The notes under the pieces were generated by a model. It had not been told where the DNA came from. It did not search any database and saw only the letters and a list, made by a program, of their open reading frames with translations. 64,000 nt of DNA. Origin: Candidatus Latescibacterota bacterium (lineage in GTDB: Bacteria > Latescibacterota > UBA2968 > UBA8231). The stretch lies in assembly GCA_965208105.1 (NCBI GenBank), contig OZ242318.1, positions 3,680,001-3,744,000 of the forward strand. The letters are read 5' to 3'. Within the stretch, counting starts at the first letter, position 1. Every line of letters starts with the position of its first letter. Made by a program: the position numbers and the translations under genes. Below, in pieces: positions 18,298 through 29,252 of this stretch.

Positions 18298-20445
18298 ATG
18301 TCCCAGTGGCTGGACCTGAGCCTGAGCCTGGAGGGCCACCGCTTCGTTCTGGTGCTCCTGCCCGTGGTGCTCGGACTTGTCTACCTCGTCTACCGCCGCA
18401 CATATCCATTTGCCGGTCCCCTCCTGCGCGCCGCCTTTGTGGCCCTGCGGAGTCTGGCCCTCTGTTTGCTGCTTTTGCTGCTGGTCGAGCCCGTCCTCGG
18501 AATGTGGAGCAAGGAGGTGGTGCGGCCCCGCCTGCTGGTCCTGCTGGACACCAGCGCCAGCATGGCCGCTGCCGAAGGCGGCGGCCGGCGCCTGGAACGG
18601 GCCGCCGCCGTCCTCGACCACGAGGATTTCCGCGCCACCCTGGCCCCTGCCGTGGTCAGCGCCCGGGGCTTCGCGGAGGGCCCCTACGCCCTCGACCTGG
18701 ACACCCTGGCCTCCTTGCGGCCGGGAGGGTCGGCCACCGACCTTGCCGGTGCGCTGGACAGGAGCCTGGAGTCCGACCCCGGGGCCTTCCAGGGTATTCT
18801 CCTGGTTTCGGACGGAGCGCACAACCTCGGAGAGGACCCCCTGCGCTGGGCCGAGGAGGCGGAGACTCCGGTCTATGCGCTCGGAGTGGGCAGCGCAGAG
18901 AACCCGTCGGATATCCAGATCGCCGGGGCGCGGGCGCCGGAGAGCAGCTACGTGGGCAGGAGTTTCGAGATCGAGGCGGAGATCCGCAACTGGGGGTTCG
19001 GCGGCAGGGAGGTGCAGGTCCTGCTCTACGAGGGCGAACGGGAGATCGCTCGCCGCCGCCTCATCCTGCGGCAGGGGGATCTGGTGCAGAGAGTGTCCTT
19101 CGAGGTCGGGTCGGCCACCCCCGGCCCCCATGTCTACCGGCTCGAGATCCCCCCTCTGGAAGGTGAGCTCTCGCGCGACAACAACGAGGCCCTCCTTTTC
19201 ACCCGGATCCTGGGGGAGCGCACCCGGGTCGCCCTCCTCGCCGGCGCCCCCAGCGCCGATTTGGCCTTCCTGCAGCGCAGTCTGAAGGCGGACTCCAGCA
19301 TAGCGGTGGAGGCACTGGTAGAGCGCCAGCCGGGGGTTTTCTACCAGCGGGAACCTGCGCCGCAGGACGGGTTGGAGGCTGCCGACGTGGTGATCCTGCT
19401 CGATCCAGGGAGGGACCTGCTGCGGCAGGCCGAGGACTGGGGCCTGGCGGGCCGGGTCCGCGATGGGGCCGGGCTGCTCTTCGTGGGCGGTCCCCGCACC
19501 TCCGCCGGCTGGGACCCGGGAACCGCGGTGGCGGCGCTGCTGCCGGTGTCCCTGCCCCCGGGCGGTGGCCTCTTCGCCAGCGGCCCGGTTTCCCTGCAGA
19601 TCAGCTCCGAGGGCCGCCACCACCCGGTGGTCCGGCTAGGGCAGGATGCGGAGCAGGACCCCTGGAGGTCCCTGCCGCCCCTGCAGGGATATTTTTCCGT
19701 CGATGGCAGGCGCCGGGGAGCCATGGTCCTGCTGGAAGCGGCCGACGGGGAAGGCCCGCCCCTGGTGGTGGTGGGACCCCACGGCCGCGGCAAGGTCATG
19801 GCCGCCCTGTCGGCTTCCTGGTGGCGGCTTGACCTGCTCAGCAGCGGGGTTGGAGGGAGGCCGCAGACCATCCGCCGGTTCTGGCAGGATGCGGTCAAGT
19901 GGCTTGCCCTGGAGGCCCCCGCGGGGCGGCTGCGGGCGTCCACCGAGCGCCATGTCCACCGGGCCGGAGAGAGGGTCTTCTTCGCCGCCCAGGCCTTCGA
20001 CGAGCTGCTGCGGCCCCAGCGCCAGGCGCAGGTGCGGGTGCTGCTGGGCCAGCGGGAGCTCCCGCTGCGGGAGGAGGGTGGCGGACGCTACCGCGGCTCA
20101 TTGGGCGGTCTGGAGCCGGGTGACTACAGCTACAGGGCCGAGGCCCGGGTGGGAGAGGTGCTCATAGGCGCCGACGAGGGCAGCTTTCTGGTGGAGCGGC
20201 ACAGCATCGAGTCGGTGGACCTGAGGGCCGACAAGGCCCTGCTGTACGAGATCGCCCGCCGCAGCGGGGGAGAGTACCGCTCCCTCGGCCAGTGGCGCGA
20301 TCTGCTGGCCCTGCTGCCGCTGCAGAAGCGCCTGGTGAAGGAGGAAGAATCCCTGCCACTGTGGGGTCCCACCTGGCCCCTGGTGCTGGTGCTGGCGCTG
20401 TTGGGGATCGAATGGGGGCTGCGCAAGAGGCACGGGATGTTGTAG
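18298..20445 (+). CDS. Membrane protein with vWA-like (MIDAS) and GATase1-like domains
   Basis: N- and C-terminal TM segments, LDTSASM, SDGAHN, DNNE, GLLFVGG, EW.LRKR.G terminus. Confidence 0.7.
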   Translation: MSQWLDLSLSLEGHRFVLVLLPVVLGLVYLVYRRTYPFAGPLLRAAFVALRSLALCLLLLLLVEPVLGMWSKEVVRPRLLVLLDTSASMAAAEGGGRRLERAAAVLDHEDFRATLAPAVVSARGFAEGPYALDLDTLASLRPGGSATDLAGALDRSLESDPGAFQGILLVSDGAHNLGEDPLRWAEEAETPVYALGVGSAENPSDIQIAGARAPESSYVGRSFEIEAEIRNWGFGGREVQVLLYEGEREIARRRLILRQGDLVQRVSFEVGSATPGPHVYRLEIPPLEGELSRDNNEALLFTRILGERTRVALLAGAPSADLAFLQRSLKADSSIAVEALVERQPGVFYQREPAPQDGLEAADVVILLDPGRDLLRQAEDWGLAGRVRDGAGLLFVGGPRTSAGWDPGTAVAALLPVSLPPGGGLFASGPVSLQISSEGRHHPVVRLGQDAEQDPWRSLPPLQGYFSVDGRRRGAMVLLEAADGEGPPLVVVGPHGRGKVMAALSASWWRLDLLSSGVGGRPQTIRRFWQDAVKWLALEAPAGRLRASTERHVHRAGERVFFAAQAFDELLRPQRQAQVRVLLGQRELPLREEGGGRYRGSLGGLEPGDYSYRAEARVGEVLIGADEGSFLVERHSIESVDLRADKALLYEIARRSGGEYRSLGQWRDLLALLPLQKRLVKEEESLPLWGPTWPLVLVLALLGIEWGLRKRHGML

Positions 20446-20526
20446 TGCCCTAGGCGGCCATGTGTAGTTTGGTTCCTACTCCTGTGTCTCCGGGGGGACA
20501 CAGGGAAGGTCACGGATTGGCTAGCG

Positions 20527-21399
20527 ATGAAAAACGCCCTTCTCTTCCTTTCCGCCGCCCTGGTCCCGGTGCTTTTGTGCGATCAGGCGCGGGCCCGGGT
20601 GGTGCTTAGCGAGGTGATGTACGATCCCCCCGGCGCCGATCACCACGACGAGTTCGTGGAGCTGGTCAACACCGACCCGGCGACCGGCGTCGATCTGAGC
20701 GGCTGGAGCCTGGGAGACGGCGATGAGATCGACCACCTGCTGGATGGTGGGGAGGGCAGGGTGCTGGCGCCGGGGCAGTTCGCCCTGGTCCTGGACGGCA
20801 GCTACCTAGGTGCTTCCACGGCCTATGAAAACGTGCGAACAAACGCGCTTTTGCTTACTATTGATGATGGAGCTTTTGGTCGCGGCGGCTGGTCCAACAG
20901 CGAGGAAGAGTCCGTGGTCCTCCGCAACGCCCGAGGAGATACGGTCGAGGTCTTCCGCTACCTCCCCGCGCAGCAGCCGGGCTATTCATGGGAGAAGGTC
21001 GACCCTGAGGCGGGCTCGGCCGCGGCCAACTGGGCTCTCAGCCTGATCGCAGGCGGCACCCCCGGCCGTCTCAACAGCGTTCAGGGAGCGACCCGCCCGG
21101 CTGCCCCGGGAATCGAATTCGAGGCGGAGCCCAATCCCTTCGCGCGGACCCTGGAGCTTAGCTACCGGTTGCCGGCGGCTCCAGCCCTGGTGAATCTGTG
21201 GATCTTCGACGTCGAGGGATTCCGCGTCAGGTCCTTGATGCAGGGGGCCGAGGTCGAGGGGCTGGGTGCGGTGAGGTGGGACGCTAGAGACCAAGCCGGC
21301 CGCAGAGTAGCGCCCGGCATCTACATCGCCTACCTGGAGGCGAGCGCAAATGGTGTGGTGACCTGGGCGCGGAAGGTGGTCGTGCGGCGGGCGCGGTGA
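20527..21399 (+). CDS. Lamin-tail-domain secreted protein with FlgD-like C-terminus
   Basis: VVLSEVMYDP...EFVELVN...VDLSGWSL; GTPG..NS; PNPF...GIY. Confidence 0.8.
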   Translation: MKNALLFLSAALVPVLLCDQARARVVLSEVMYDPPGADHHDEFVELVNTDPATGVDLSGWSLGDGDEIDHLLDGGEGRVLAPGQFALVLDGSYLGASTAYENVRTNALLLTIDDGAFGRGGWSNSEEESVVLRNARGDTVEVFRYLPAQQPGYSWEKVDPEAGSAAANWALSLIAGGTPGRLNSVQGATRPAAPGIEFEAEPNPFARTLELSYRLPAAPALVNLWIFDVEGFRVRSLMQGAEVEGLGAVRWDARDQAGRRVAPGIYIAYLEASANGVVTWARKVVVRRAR

Positions 21400-21502
21400 T
21401 CGCCGCCTTCGCCTGACGCCCGTGGTTCGATGTCCTTCCCCTGTTTTCCCACGTTTCTTCTTTTCTTCCCCTGGAAATTGGAAATACCGGAGCGGTAGCC
21501 AA

Positions 21503-23896
21503 ATGGCCAAGTCTGTTAACAGCTTCGTCGCGCCGAGGAAAGGCGCCCGGGCGATAGCGGTGCTGCTAGCGGCGCTGGGGATTTTTCTGGCCCTCAGCCT
21601 GATCTCCCATTCGTCGCACGATTATCCCAACTCCAGCCGGCCAGCCGCAGAGAGTCTCAACTGGGCGGGGAGTATTGGAGCCCTGGTCTCCTACGCATCC
21701 TTCGTGGCGGTGGGCTACGGGGCCTATTGCCTCCCTCTACTGGTATTGCTATGGGCCTGGAACCGCTTCATGCAGCGGCCCCTCCGGCCCATGACCTGGC
21801 GCAGCGTGGGCCTGCTGTGCATGGCCCTGATCTTCAGCATCGGCACCGGGCTTCCTCCCTACTCGTCCCACGCGGTATTCGAGCTGGGAGGGTGGCTGGG
21901 GGTCTACGCCAGCAATCTCATCCTCATTCCATACGGGGGCCGGGTGGGCTCCGCGGTGATCCTGTCGTCGCTCTTCCTGGCAGCCATGATCCTGACCGTG
22001 GACCTCGATCTGCGGTTTTTTGTGCGGGGACCCTGGAAGGTGGTCCGGCTGCTGTGGAGCGGATTCGCCTGGGTGCTGGCACTGCCGGAACGCGACCCCT
22101 ATCCGGGGAGGAGAATGACGGCGGAGAAGGAGGAGGACGAAGGGAAGGAAGGAGTGCAGGCCCGCTCCACTGCCGTTTCCGCGGATGGGGAGACAGCTCC
22201 GCTTGCCGAGGTCGTCGCCGAAGACCCGGAGGTTGCCCGGGTTGAAGGGGGGACCGGGACCCCCGAGGACGTCCACTACGTCGAGGAGATCTACATCGCC
22301 CGGGAGCTCGAGGTCCCCGCGGGGGCGGAGGCGGCCGAGAATTCCGGGGCCGTCCTGCCGAGAATCGCGCCAAAGACCCGGATAATCTCTGCCGGGGAGG
22401 GTCTGCAGAAGATGACGGGCGCCGCCGACTACCAGACCCCCGTCCCGGGCATGGTGCTGGACCAGGTCTCCGAGGTGAGGCAGGGAGGGGGCAAGGAGAA
22501 GCTGCTGCAGAATGCCCGCATCCTGGAGGAGGCCCTCAACGATTTCGACATCGCCGGCAAGGTGGTGGAGGTGAGTCCGGGACCGGTGGTCACCCGCTAC
22601 GAGGTGGAGCCGGCGGCGGGGGTCAAGGTGAACCGCATCGTCGCTCTCTCCGACGATCTGGCCCGGGTCATGCGCGCCAGGGGGATCCGCATCCAGGCGC
22701 CGGTGCCGGGCAAGTCCGTGGTGGGGGTCGAGATCGCCAACCAGGAGCGCGACACCGTCTACCTGCGCGAGATCCTCGAGTCGGGGACCTTCCAGAAAGC
22801 CGAGTCCAGGCTGACCATCGCCCTGGGCAAGACCATTGCCGGCGAACCGTTCGTCACCGATCTGGCCATGATGCCCCACCTCCTGGTGGCGGGGGCCACC
22901 GGCTCGGGGAAGAGCGTCTGCATCAATGCCCTGATCTCCAGCATCCTCTTCAAGGCCACCCCGGAGGAGGTGCGGCTGCTCATGGTCGATCCGAAGGTGG
23001 TGGAGCTGACGGTCTACAACGAGATCCCCCACCTCCTGGTTCCCGTCATCACCGAGCCCAAGAAGGCCGCCGAGGCCCTCAGGTGGGCGGTCGCCGAGAT
23101 GGAGCGCCGCTACCTCAAGCTGGCCGCCCTCGGGGTGCGCCACATAAGCGACTACAACCGCAGGCTCGAGCGGGGGGCCGGTGCGGCGCAGGAGGCAGGG
23201 GCCGAACCCGAACCCCCGATGGCCCAGATCGTCATCGTCATCGACGAGTTCGCCGACCTGATGCTCACCGCGCCGGCCGACGTGGAGACCCTGCTGATGG
23301 GACTGGCGCAGAAATCGCGGGCGGTGGGCATCCACATCATCCTCGCCACCCAGCGGCCTTCGGTGAACGTGGTCACCGGGGTGATCAAGGCCAACTTCCC
23401 CTCTCGTATCGCCTTCCAGGTGGCGTCGAAGACCGACTCCCGCACCATCCTGGACTGCAACGGAGCCGAGCGCCTGCTGGGGATGGGGGACATGCTCTTC
23501 CTTCCCGGCGGCCAGGCGGAGCCCGTCCGCATCCACGGGGCCTACGTCTCGGGAGAGGAGACCGACAGGCTGGTGGAGGCCATCAAGTCCTCAGGCTACC
23601 GGACCGAGGAAGTTGCGGTCTTTTCCGAACATGCGGATATTTATGCCGCCGCCAGCGCCCGGGACGAGCTGTTCGAAGAGGCCGTGCGCATTACGGTGGA
23701 GCACCAGCAGGCGTCCACCTCGTTTCTGCAGCGCCGCATGAAGGTGGGCTACTCGCGGGCGGCGCGGCTGATGGACGAGCTGGAGCTGGCCGGGATCGTG
23801 GGGCCGGCCGAAGGGGCGAAGCCCAGAAAGATCCTGGTCGAGGTCGATGCGGAGGGCGGGAACGGAGCCGCGGCCGGGGACGGTGAGCCGGGCTGA
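21503..23896 (+). CDS. ftsK: DNA translocase FtsK
   Basis: N-terminal TM domain, PHLLVAGATGSGKS, DPK.VEL, DEFADLM, ATQRPSV, gamma domain S.LQRR..GY.RAARL. Confidence 0.95.
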   Translation: MAKSVNSFVAPRKGARAIAVLLAALGIFLALSLISHSSHDYPNSSRPAAESLNWAGSIGALVSYASFVAVGYGAYCLPLLVLLWAWNRFMQRPLRPMTWRSVGLLCMALIFSIGTGLPPYSSHAVFELGGWLGVYASNLILIPYGGRVGSAVILSSLFLAAMILTVDLDLRFFVRGPWKVVRLLWSGFAWVLALPERDPYPGRRMTAEKEEDEGKEGVQARSTAVSADGETAPLAEVVAEDPEVARVEGGTGTPEDVHYVEEIYIARELEVPAGAEAAENSGAVLPRIAPKTRIISAGEGLQKMTGAADYQTPVPGMVLDQVSEVRQGGGKEKLLQNARILEEALNDFDIAGKVVEVSPGPVVTRYEVEPAAGVKVNRIVALSDDLARVMRARGIRIQAPVPGKSVVGVEIANQERDTVYLREILESGTFQKAESRLTIALGKTIAGEPFVTDLAMMPHLLVAGATGSGKSVCINALISSILFKATPEEVRLLMVDPKVVELTVYNEIPHLLVPVITEPKKAAEALRWAVAEMERRYLKLAALGVRHISDYNRRLERGAGAAQEAGAEPEPPMAQIVIVIDEFADLMLTAPADVETLLMGLAQKSRAVGIHIILATQRPSVNVVTGVIKANFPSRIAFQVASKTDSRTILDCNGAERLLGMGDMLFLPGGQAEPVRIHGAYVSGEETDRLVEAIKSSGYRTEEVAVFSEHADIYAAASARDELFEEAVRITVEHQQASTSFLQRRMKVGYSRAARLMDELELAGIVGPAEGAKPRKILVEVDAEGGNGAAAGDGEPG

Positions 23897-24030
23897 AGGA
23901 TTGAGGAAGTTCGAGGGCGGCCCCTGCTGCCTTCCCCGCCAAAGCCCATTTCTCCCTCCCACAGGCGGGTGGCGGGGGGATGAGCCTCCCCGCGTGGATC
24001 GCGGTAATTTCAAGAGACAGGCTCGATTAT

Positions 24031-24699
24031 ATGGACGGCAGTTGGCGCAGGTGGTTATGGCCGGGACTGCTGGCCCTTTGGCTCGGCGCCCCGGGGGCCC
24101 AGCCCGCGTGGGGCATCAGCGGGTCCCAGGTCATCGAGAAGATGCGCAAGAGCTTCGCCGGCTACAAGACCTTTTCCGCCAGCTTCGAGAAGCAGTTCTA
24201 CTGGGCCGTGCTGGACCAGAGCAGCACCCTGGAGGGGAAGATCTACACCCGCAGGCCCGACCACTTTCGCCTCGAGGCGGGGGACGGGAACCTCGTGGTG
24301 GCCGACGGCGAGACCATCTGGTCCTACGTGGCCCGCAACGAGCAGGTCATCGTCAGCTCCTACTCGGGGGGATTGAGGACTCCTTGGGAGATCCTGGTGG
24401 ACTACACCGACCGCTACCGCACCGTGTCGGTGGAGGAGGTCCGCCTGGGGAAGCGCAGGTGCTACCTGCTGGGGCTGAGACCGCGCGCGGACAATTCCTA
24501 CATGACCCAGATGAGGATCTGGGTGGAGCGCGACCACTGGCTCCTGATGAAGGTGGAGCAGGTGGAGGCCAACGACAATATCACCACCTACGTCCTCGAG
24601 GGCCACAAGGCCAACCGGAGGCTGAGCGGCGACCTCTTCCGCTTCGAGATTCCCGCGGGAGTCGAGGTCATCGACCGCAGGAACCCGGAACCGCCATGA
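24031..24699 (+). CDS. lolA: Outer-membrane lipoprotein carrier LolA-like
   Basis: Signal peptide, ASFE, RPDHFR, VVADG.TIW.Y, F.F.IP.GVEVID; follows ftsK (conserved synteny); start may be 23980. Confidence 0.8.
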   Translation: MDGSWRRWLWPGLLALWLGAPGAQPAWGISGSQVIEKMRKSFAGYKTFSASFEKQFYWAVLDQSSTLEGKIYTRRPDHFRLEAGDGNLVVADGETIWSYVARNEQVIVSSYSGGLRTPWEILVDYTDRYRTVSVEEVRLGKRRCYLLGLRPRADNSYMTQMRIWVERDHWLLMKVEQVEANDNITTYVLEGHKANRRLSGDLFRFEIPAGVEVIDRRNPEPP

Positions 24700-26369
24700 T
24701 GCGCCGCCCGCAAAGAGTCCTGGTCTGCGCCGTCCTGGCGCAGCTGCTTGCCGGCTCCTTCGCCTCCGCCCGGCCTGGAGGAGACTTCTGGGTATTCCTG
24801 CGCGACAAGCCCGATGGCGCGGGCGGGCGCCTGCTCTGGGGCGAGTTGGGAGCAGGACATCCCGCCTCTGAGCTGGACCTGGAGGTGGACCCGGGTTACG
24901 TCTCCCGGATCGAAAGGGCCGGCCCCGTCGTCCGCGCCCGGTCGAGGTGGTTCAACGCCGTCAGCGTCCGGACCACCCCCTCCCAGCTCCGCTGGCTCGA
25001 GGTCCAGCCCTTCGTGCTCCGCCTGCGCCCGGTGGCCAGGTTCCGGCGCCCGCCGCCGCTCCCGGAGCAGGCCGCCGCCGAGGCGGTGCCGGCGCCGAGT
25101 CCCAAGGGGCTGGCGCAGGACTACGGTCCCTCCTTCGCGCAGTTGTCGCGGATCGGGGTGGTGGCTCTGCACAACCTGGGCTACCTCGGGCAGGGCGTTC
25201 GCATCGCCTTGCTGGACAACGGCTTTCACCACGTCGGACACCCGGCCTTCGCCGGTCTCCGGGTCGTGGCCGCCCGCGACTTCATCAACGGCGACGACGT
25301 GGTTACCGACCAGGACGACCAGCCCGTAACCCCCAACGAATCCACGACAGACCAGAATATCCACGGCGCCCAGGTGCTGTCCATCCTGGGCGGCCATGAT
25401 TCGGGGCACCTGATCGGAGTGGCTCCCGAGGCCGAGTACATCCTGGCCAAGACCGAGGACAACGGCAGCGAGCTGCCGGTGGAGGAAGACCGCTGGATCG
25501 AGGGGCTGGAATGGGCCCAGCGCCAGGGTGCCCGGGTGGTCAACAGCTCCCTGGGCTACAGCACCTGGGACGACGGCAGCGGCTACACCTACGAGGAGAT
25601 GGACGGGGCCACCGCCCTGACCTCGCGGGCGGCGCAGATGGCCGCGGAGCGGGGCATCGTGGTGGTGGTATCGGCCGGCAACGAGGGCGACAAGCCCTGG
25701 CGCTACATCACCGCGCCGGCCGACGCTCCCGGGGTCATCACGGTGGGAGCAGTGGACTCGAGGGACAGCCTGGCCGCCTTCAGCTCGCGCGGACCCGCGG
25801 CGGACGGCCGCGTCAAGCCCGACCTGGTGGCGCCGGGTGTGGGCCTGGTGGCCGCCCAAATCCGCGGCGGGGGCTATTCCCGCTCCCGCGGGACCTCCTT
25901 TGCCGCTCCCCTGGTGAGCGGGGCGTGCGCCCTGCTGCTCCAGATCCATCCGGACTGGGACCCGGCCCGGGTGCTCGAGGCCCTGCGCGAAACCGCCGCG
26001 GACCTGGGCCCGGCGGGTCCCGACACCCTCTACGGCTGGGGCTTGGTCAACGCCCTCGGGGCCAGCGACGTTTCCGTGTCCAGGCCCACCGAGGTCGCGG
26101 CCGGAATCCCCTTTCCCAACCCGGCGGCTGCGGGCGTGGTCTATTTCCCCCTGAAACTGCCCGAGGCCGCCACCGTCGTCCTCGAGGTCTTCGATTTGTC
26201 CGGCTCCCCCGTGGCGGACCTTGAGCGCCGCCTCGAGGCGGGAGACTACAGCACCGCCCCGAGGTCCCTGCCCTGGGAGGTCCCCGAGGATCTCGGCAGC
26301 GGAGTCTACTTCTACCAGTTGCGGACCCCCACCTTCACTCGCCTGGGCAAGATCGCCCTGGTACGCTGA
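24696..26369 (+). CDS. Secreted S8 (subtilisin-like) serine protease with C-terminal FlgD/T9SS-like domain
   Basis: Triad motifs LLDNG, IHGAQV, GTSFAAP; SAGNEG; PFPNP...GVYFYQL. Confidence 0.9.
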   Translation: MMRRPQRVLVCAVLAQLLAGSFASARPGGDFWVFLRDKPDGAGGRLLWGELGAGHPASELDLEVDPGYVSRIERAGPVVRARSRWFNAVSVRTTPSQLRWLEVQPFVLRLRPVARFRRPPPLPEQAAAEAVPAPSPKGLAQDYGPSFAQLSRIGVVALHNLGYLGQGVRIALLDNGFHHVGHPAFAGLRVVAARDFINGDDVVTDQDDQPVTPNESTTDQNIHGAQVLSILGGHDSGHLIGVAPEAEYILAKTEDNGSELPVEEDRWIEGLEWAQRQGARVVNSSLGYSTWDDGSGYTYEEMDGATALTSRAAQMAAERGIVVVVSAGNEGDKPWRYITAPADAPGVITVGAVDSRDSLAAFSSRGPAADGRVKPDLVAPGVGLVAAQIRGGGYSRSRGTSFAAPLVSGACALLLQIHPDWDPARVLEALRETAADLGPAGPDTLYGWGLVNALGASDVSVSRPTEVAAGIPFPNPAAAGVVYFPLKLPEAATVVLEVFDLSGSPVADLERRLEAGDYSTAPRSLPWEVPEDLGSGVYFYQLRTPTFTRLGKIALVR

Positions 26370-26409
26370 GGAGGCGGCGGTGGGACGGCATCCCGGCGGC
26401 GGCGCCGAT

Positions 26410-26865
26410 TTGAACGCCTGGATTCGCAGGCTGGTGCTGGCCCTCGTTCTGTTCGTGCCCATCTACCTCGTCCTGCGCTTCACCGGGGGCTCGCTTGAGA
26501 AGATGGGGCAATTGCCCGATCTTATAGACCGCTTTCGAAACCCCATTTCCTGGGAGGTGCCGGAGGGAGGAGTGCGCTACATGGCCGCCTTCGAAGGCGA
26601 ACCCGGGGAGGGCAACAAGTTCGTGCTGGTGCGGGTGCGCATGCGGGCGCGGTTGAACATCGCCTACCCGATCGTGCCCCGCTGCTTCACCCTGGTGGAC
26701 CAGGGTGACAACCGCTTCAATCCACTGATTCGCTCGCCGCTCTTCCTGGCGCGGTCCGACAGCTTCCATCTCGGCAAGGACGATGAATTCGACGAGGAGC
26801 TGCTGTTCGAGGTCCCGCTGGAGAGCGAGTCCCGCACCTTGCTGTTCGAGCGATTCCAGGAATGA
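26410..26865 (+). CDS. Membrane-anchored hypothetical protein (DUF4352-like Ig fold)
   Basis: N-terminal TM, GNKFVLVRV, FTLVD, LLFEVP; TTG start approximate. Confidence 0.55.
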   Translation: MNAWIRRLVLALVLFVPIYLVLRFTGGSLEKMGQLPDLIDRFRNPISWEVPEGGVRYMAAFEGEPGEGNKFVLVRVRMRARLNIAYPIVPRCFTLVDQGDNRFNPLIRSPLFLARSDSFHLGKDDEFDEELLFEVPLESESRTLLFERFQE

Positions 26866-26877
26866 GGAGACCTGAAA

Positions 26878-27976
26878 ATGCCTACGCTGGAAGAAGAGCT
26901 GCAGGATTGCCGCGAGCGCCTCGAACGGATGGGAGGCTACCTTTGACCTGGCGGGAAAGAAGAAGGCCCTGTCGGATCTGGAGGAGCGCATGGCCTCGTC
27001 CGGCTTCTGGAACGACCGCCGCCGCGCCGGTGAGGCGGGGCGCCAGGTGCGGGCCCTGAAGGATTCCATCACCTCGTGGGAGACTCTCCGAGTCGAGCTC
27101 GACGATCTGGGCGACCTGCAGGAGATGGCCGCCGCCGAAGGCGATGAGAGCGCTCTGGCCGAAATCGAGGGCGAGGCGGCCTCCCTGTCCTCCCGCATCG
27201 GCGAGCTGGAGCTGCACAGCACCTTGAGCGAAGGCGACGACCGCAAGAACGCCATCCTCGACATCAACTCGGGGGCCGGCGGCACCGAGGCCGCGGACTG
27301 GGCCGCCATGCTCATGCGCATGTACATGCGCTGGATCGAGCGGCGCAGCTTCCAGAGCGACATAATGGACCTGCAGGCCGGGGAAGAGGCCGGCATCAAG
27401 AGCGTGACGGTGGAGGTCAAGGGCGAGTACGCCTATGGATTTCTCAAGGCCGAGGCGGGGGTCCACCGCCTGGTCCGCATCTCGCCGTTCGACGCCAACA
27501 GCCGCCGCCACACCTCCTTCGCCTCGGTCTTCGTCTATCCGGAGGTCGAGGACGAGGTGGAGGTGGACCTGCGCGACGAGGACCTGCAGATCGAGGTGTT
27601 CCGCGCCGGCGGCGCCGGAGGACAGCACGTCAACAAGACCTCCTCCGCGGTGCGCATCAGGCACCTTCCCACCGGAATCGTGGTCCAGTGCCAAAACGAG
27701 CGCTCCCAGTTCAAGAACAAGGCCACCGCGCGCAAGGTGCTGGCCACCCGTCTCTACCAGCACTACAAGGAAGAAGAGCAGAAGAAGCTGGCGGCGGTGG
27801 AGAGCTCCAAGAAGAGCATCGAGTTCGGCAGCCAGATCCGCTCCTACGTCTTCCATCCTTACAACCTGGTCAAGGACCACCGCACCGCCTGGGAGACCGC
27901 CGGCATCCAGGCGGTGATGGACGGCGACATCGACCCCTTCATCCGGGCCTTTCTGACCCAGGGAAAGACGCGGTAG
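26878..27976 (+). CDS. prfB: Peptide chain release factor 2, +1 programmed frameshift at CTT-TGA-C (26941-26947)
   Basis: ATG 26878 ORF ends GGA GGC TAC CTT TGA C, with internal SD and slippery site; downstream frame has SPF and GGQ motifs. Confidence 0.97.
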
Positions 27977-27980
27977 AGGC

Positions 27981-29240
27981 TTGTCCTACGAGCTCTTCAT
28001 AGCCGCGCGCTATCTGCGCTCCAAGCAGCGGACCGGGTTCATCTCCACCATCACCTACATCGCGGCGGGCGGAGTGATCCTCGGCGTCGCCGCCCTGGTC
28101 ATCATGCTGTCGGTGGCCAACGGCTTTTCCGGCGAGGTCAAGAACCGCCTCCTGGGGATGAACGCCCACGTCAACGTCCTCAAGTTTCACGGCGCGGCGG
28201 TGGAGGACTACCGCCCCCTGGTGGAGAGACTCGAGGGATTTCCCGAGGTCGTCGCCGCGGCGCCGGTGATCGACAGCAAGGTGGTCATCACCGCCAAGCG
28301 CGACCGCAGGCAGATGGACGGGATTTTCCTCTGGGGGGTCGAGCCCGAAAGCTTCTCCCGCGTCTCCGACCTGCCCCTGCACCTGACCTACGACCACGAG
28401 GAGCTGTTGAGATTGGGCCCGGTGCCCGAACAGAGATATCCCGGCATCATCCTGGGGGAGTACCTGGCCCGGAGGTTGAGGGTGGGGCCCGGCGACGAGG
28501 TGCTCCTGGTCACCATGAACATCGACCTGGACAAGGCCGTGCTCGAGGGCTTCACCCCCAGACCCTGGCCTTTCCTGGTCACCAACACCTTCGAGACCGG
28601 GATGCATCAGTACGACGACAGCTTCGCCTTCATCGCCCTGGAGGACGCCCAGCGCATCCTGGATTTGGGTGAGGGGGTGAGCAACATCCATCTGCGGGTC
28701 ACGGATATCGACCTCGCCACCCAGGTCAGGGAGGCGCTGGACCTGGAGCTGGGCTATCCCTATCGCACCACGGACTGGACCCAGCTCTTTCCCGAGTTCT
28801 TCCGCTTCATGGAGCTGGAGAAGTGGGGCCTCTTCATCGCCCTCAGCCTCATCGTTCTGGTGGCCGCGTTCAACATCATGTCCATCCTCGTCATGTCCAT
28901 CCTGATAAAGACTCCCGAGATCGGCATCCTCAGGGCCATGGGCTCCACCGCCAGGGGGATCCGCCGCGTCTTCGTCTACCAGGGAATGGCCATCGGGGTG
29001 GCGGGCACCATCCTGGGCTGCCTGATCGGGCTCGCGCTGTGCCTGGCGCAGCAGCACTTCGAGCTGATATCCATTCCCGGCGACATCTACATCATCAACT
29101 CCCTCCCCATCGACATGGAGGTCCTCGACTTCGCCGTGGTTTCCCTGTCGAGCCTGGGGATCTGCCTGCTGGTTTCGGCCTACTCGGCGCGCAAGGCCTC
29201 CGCATTGATGCCGGTCGAAGCGATTCGCTATATTATGTGA
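27981..29240 (+). CDS. Lipoprotein-releasing ABC transporter permease LolC/E
   Basis: ELFIA.RYLR, GVAALVI.LSV.NGF, VAAFNI, EIGILRAMG. Confidence 0.92.
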   Translation: MSYELFIAARYLRSKQRTGFISTITYIAAGGVILGVAALVIMLSVANGFSGEVKNRLLGMNAHVNVLKFHGAAVEDYRPLVERLEGFPEVVAAAPVIDSKVVITAKRDRRQMDGIFLWGVEPESFSRVSDLPLHLTYDHEELLRLGPVPEQRYPGIILGEYLARRLRVGPGDEVLLVTMNIDLDKAVLEGFTPRPWPFLVTNTFETGMHQYDDSFAFIALEDAQRILDLGEGVSNIHLRVTDIDLATQVREALDLELGYPYRTTDWTQLFPEFFRFMELEKWGLFIALSLIVLVAAFNIMSILVMSILIKTPEIGILRAMGSTARGIRRVFVYQGMAIGVAGTILGCLIGLALCLAQQHFELISIPGDIYIINSLPIDMEVLDFAVVSLSSLGICLLVSAYSARKASALMPVEAIRYIM

Positions 29241-29252
29241 GGGGAAGGCCAC

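Noticed and set aside
23847-24695. N-terminal extension of the S8 protease ORF
   Set aside because: It overlaps lolA in another frame; the signal peptide starts at 24696.
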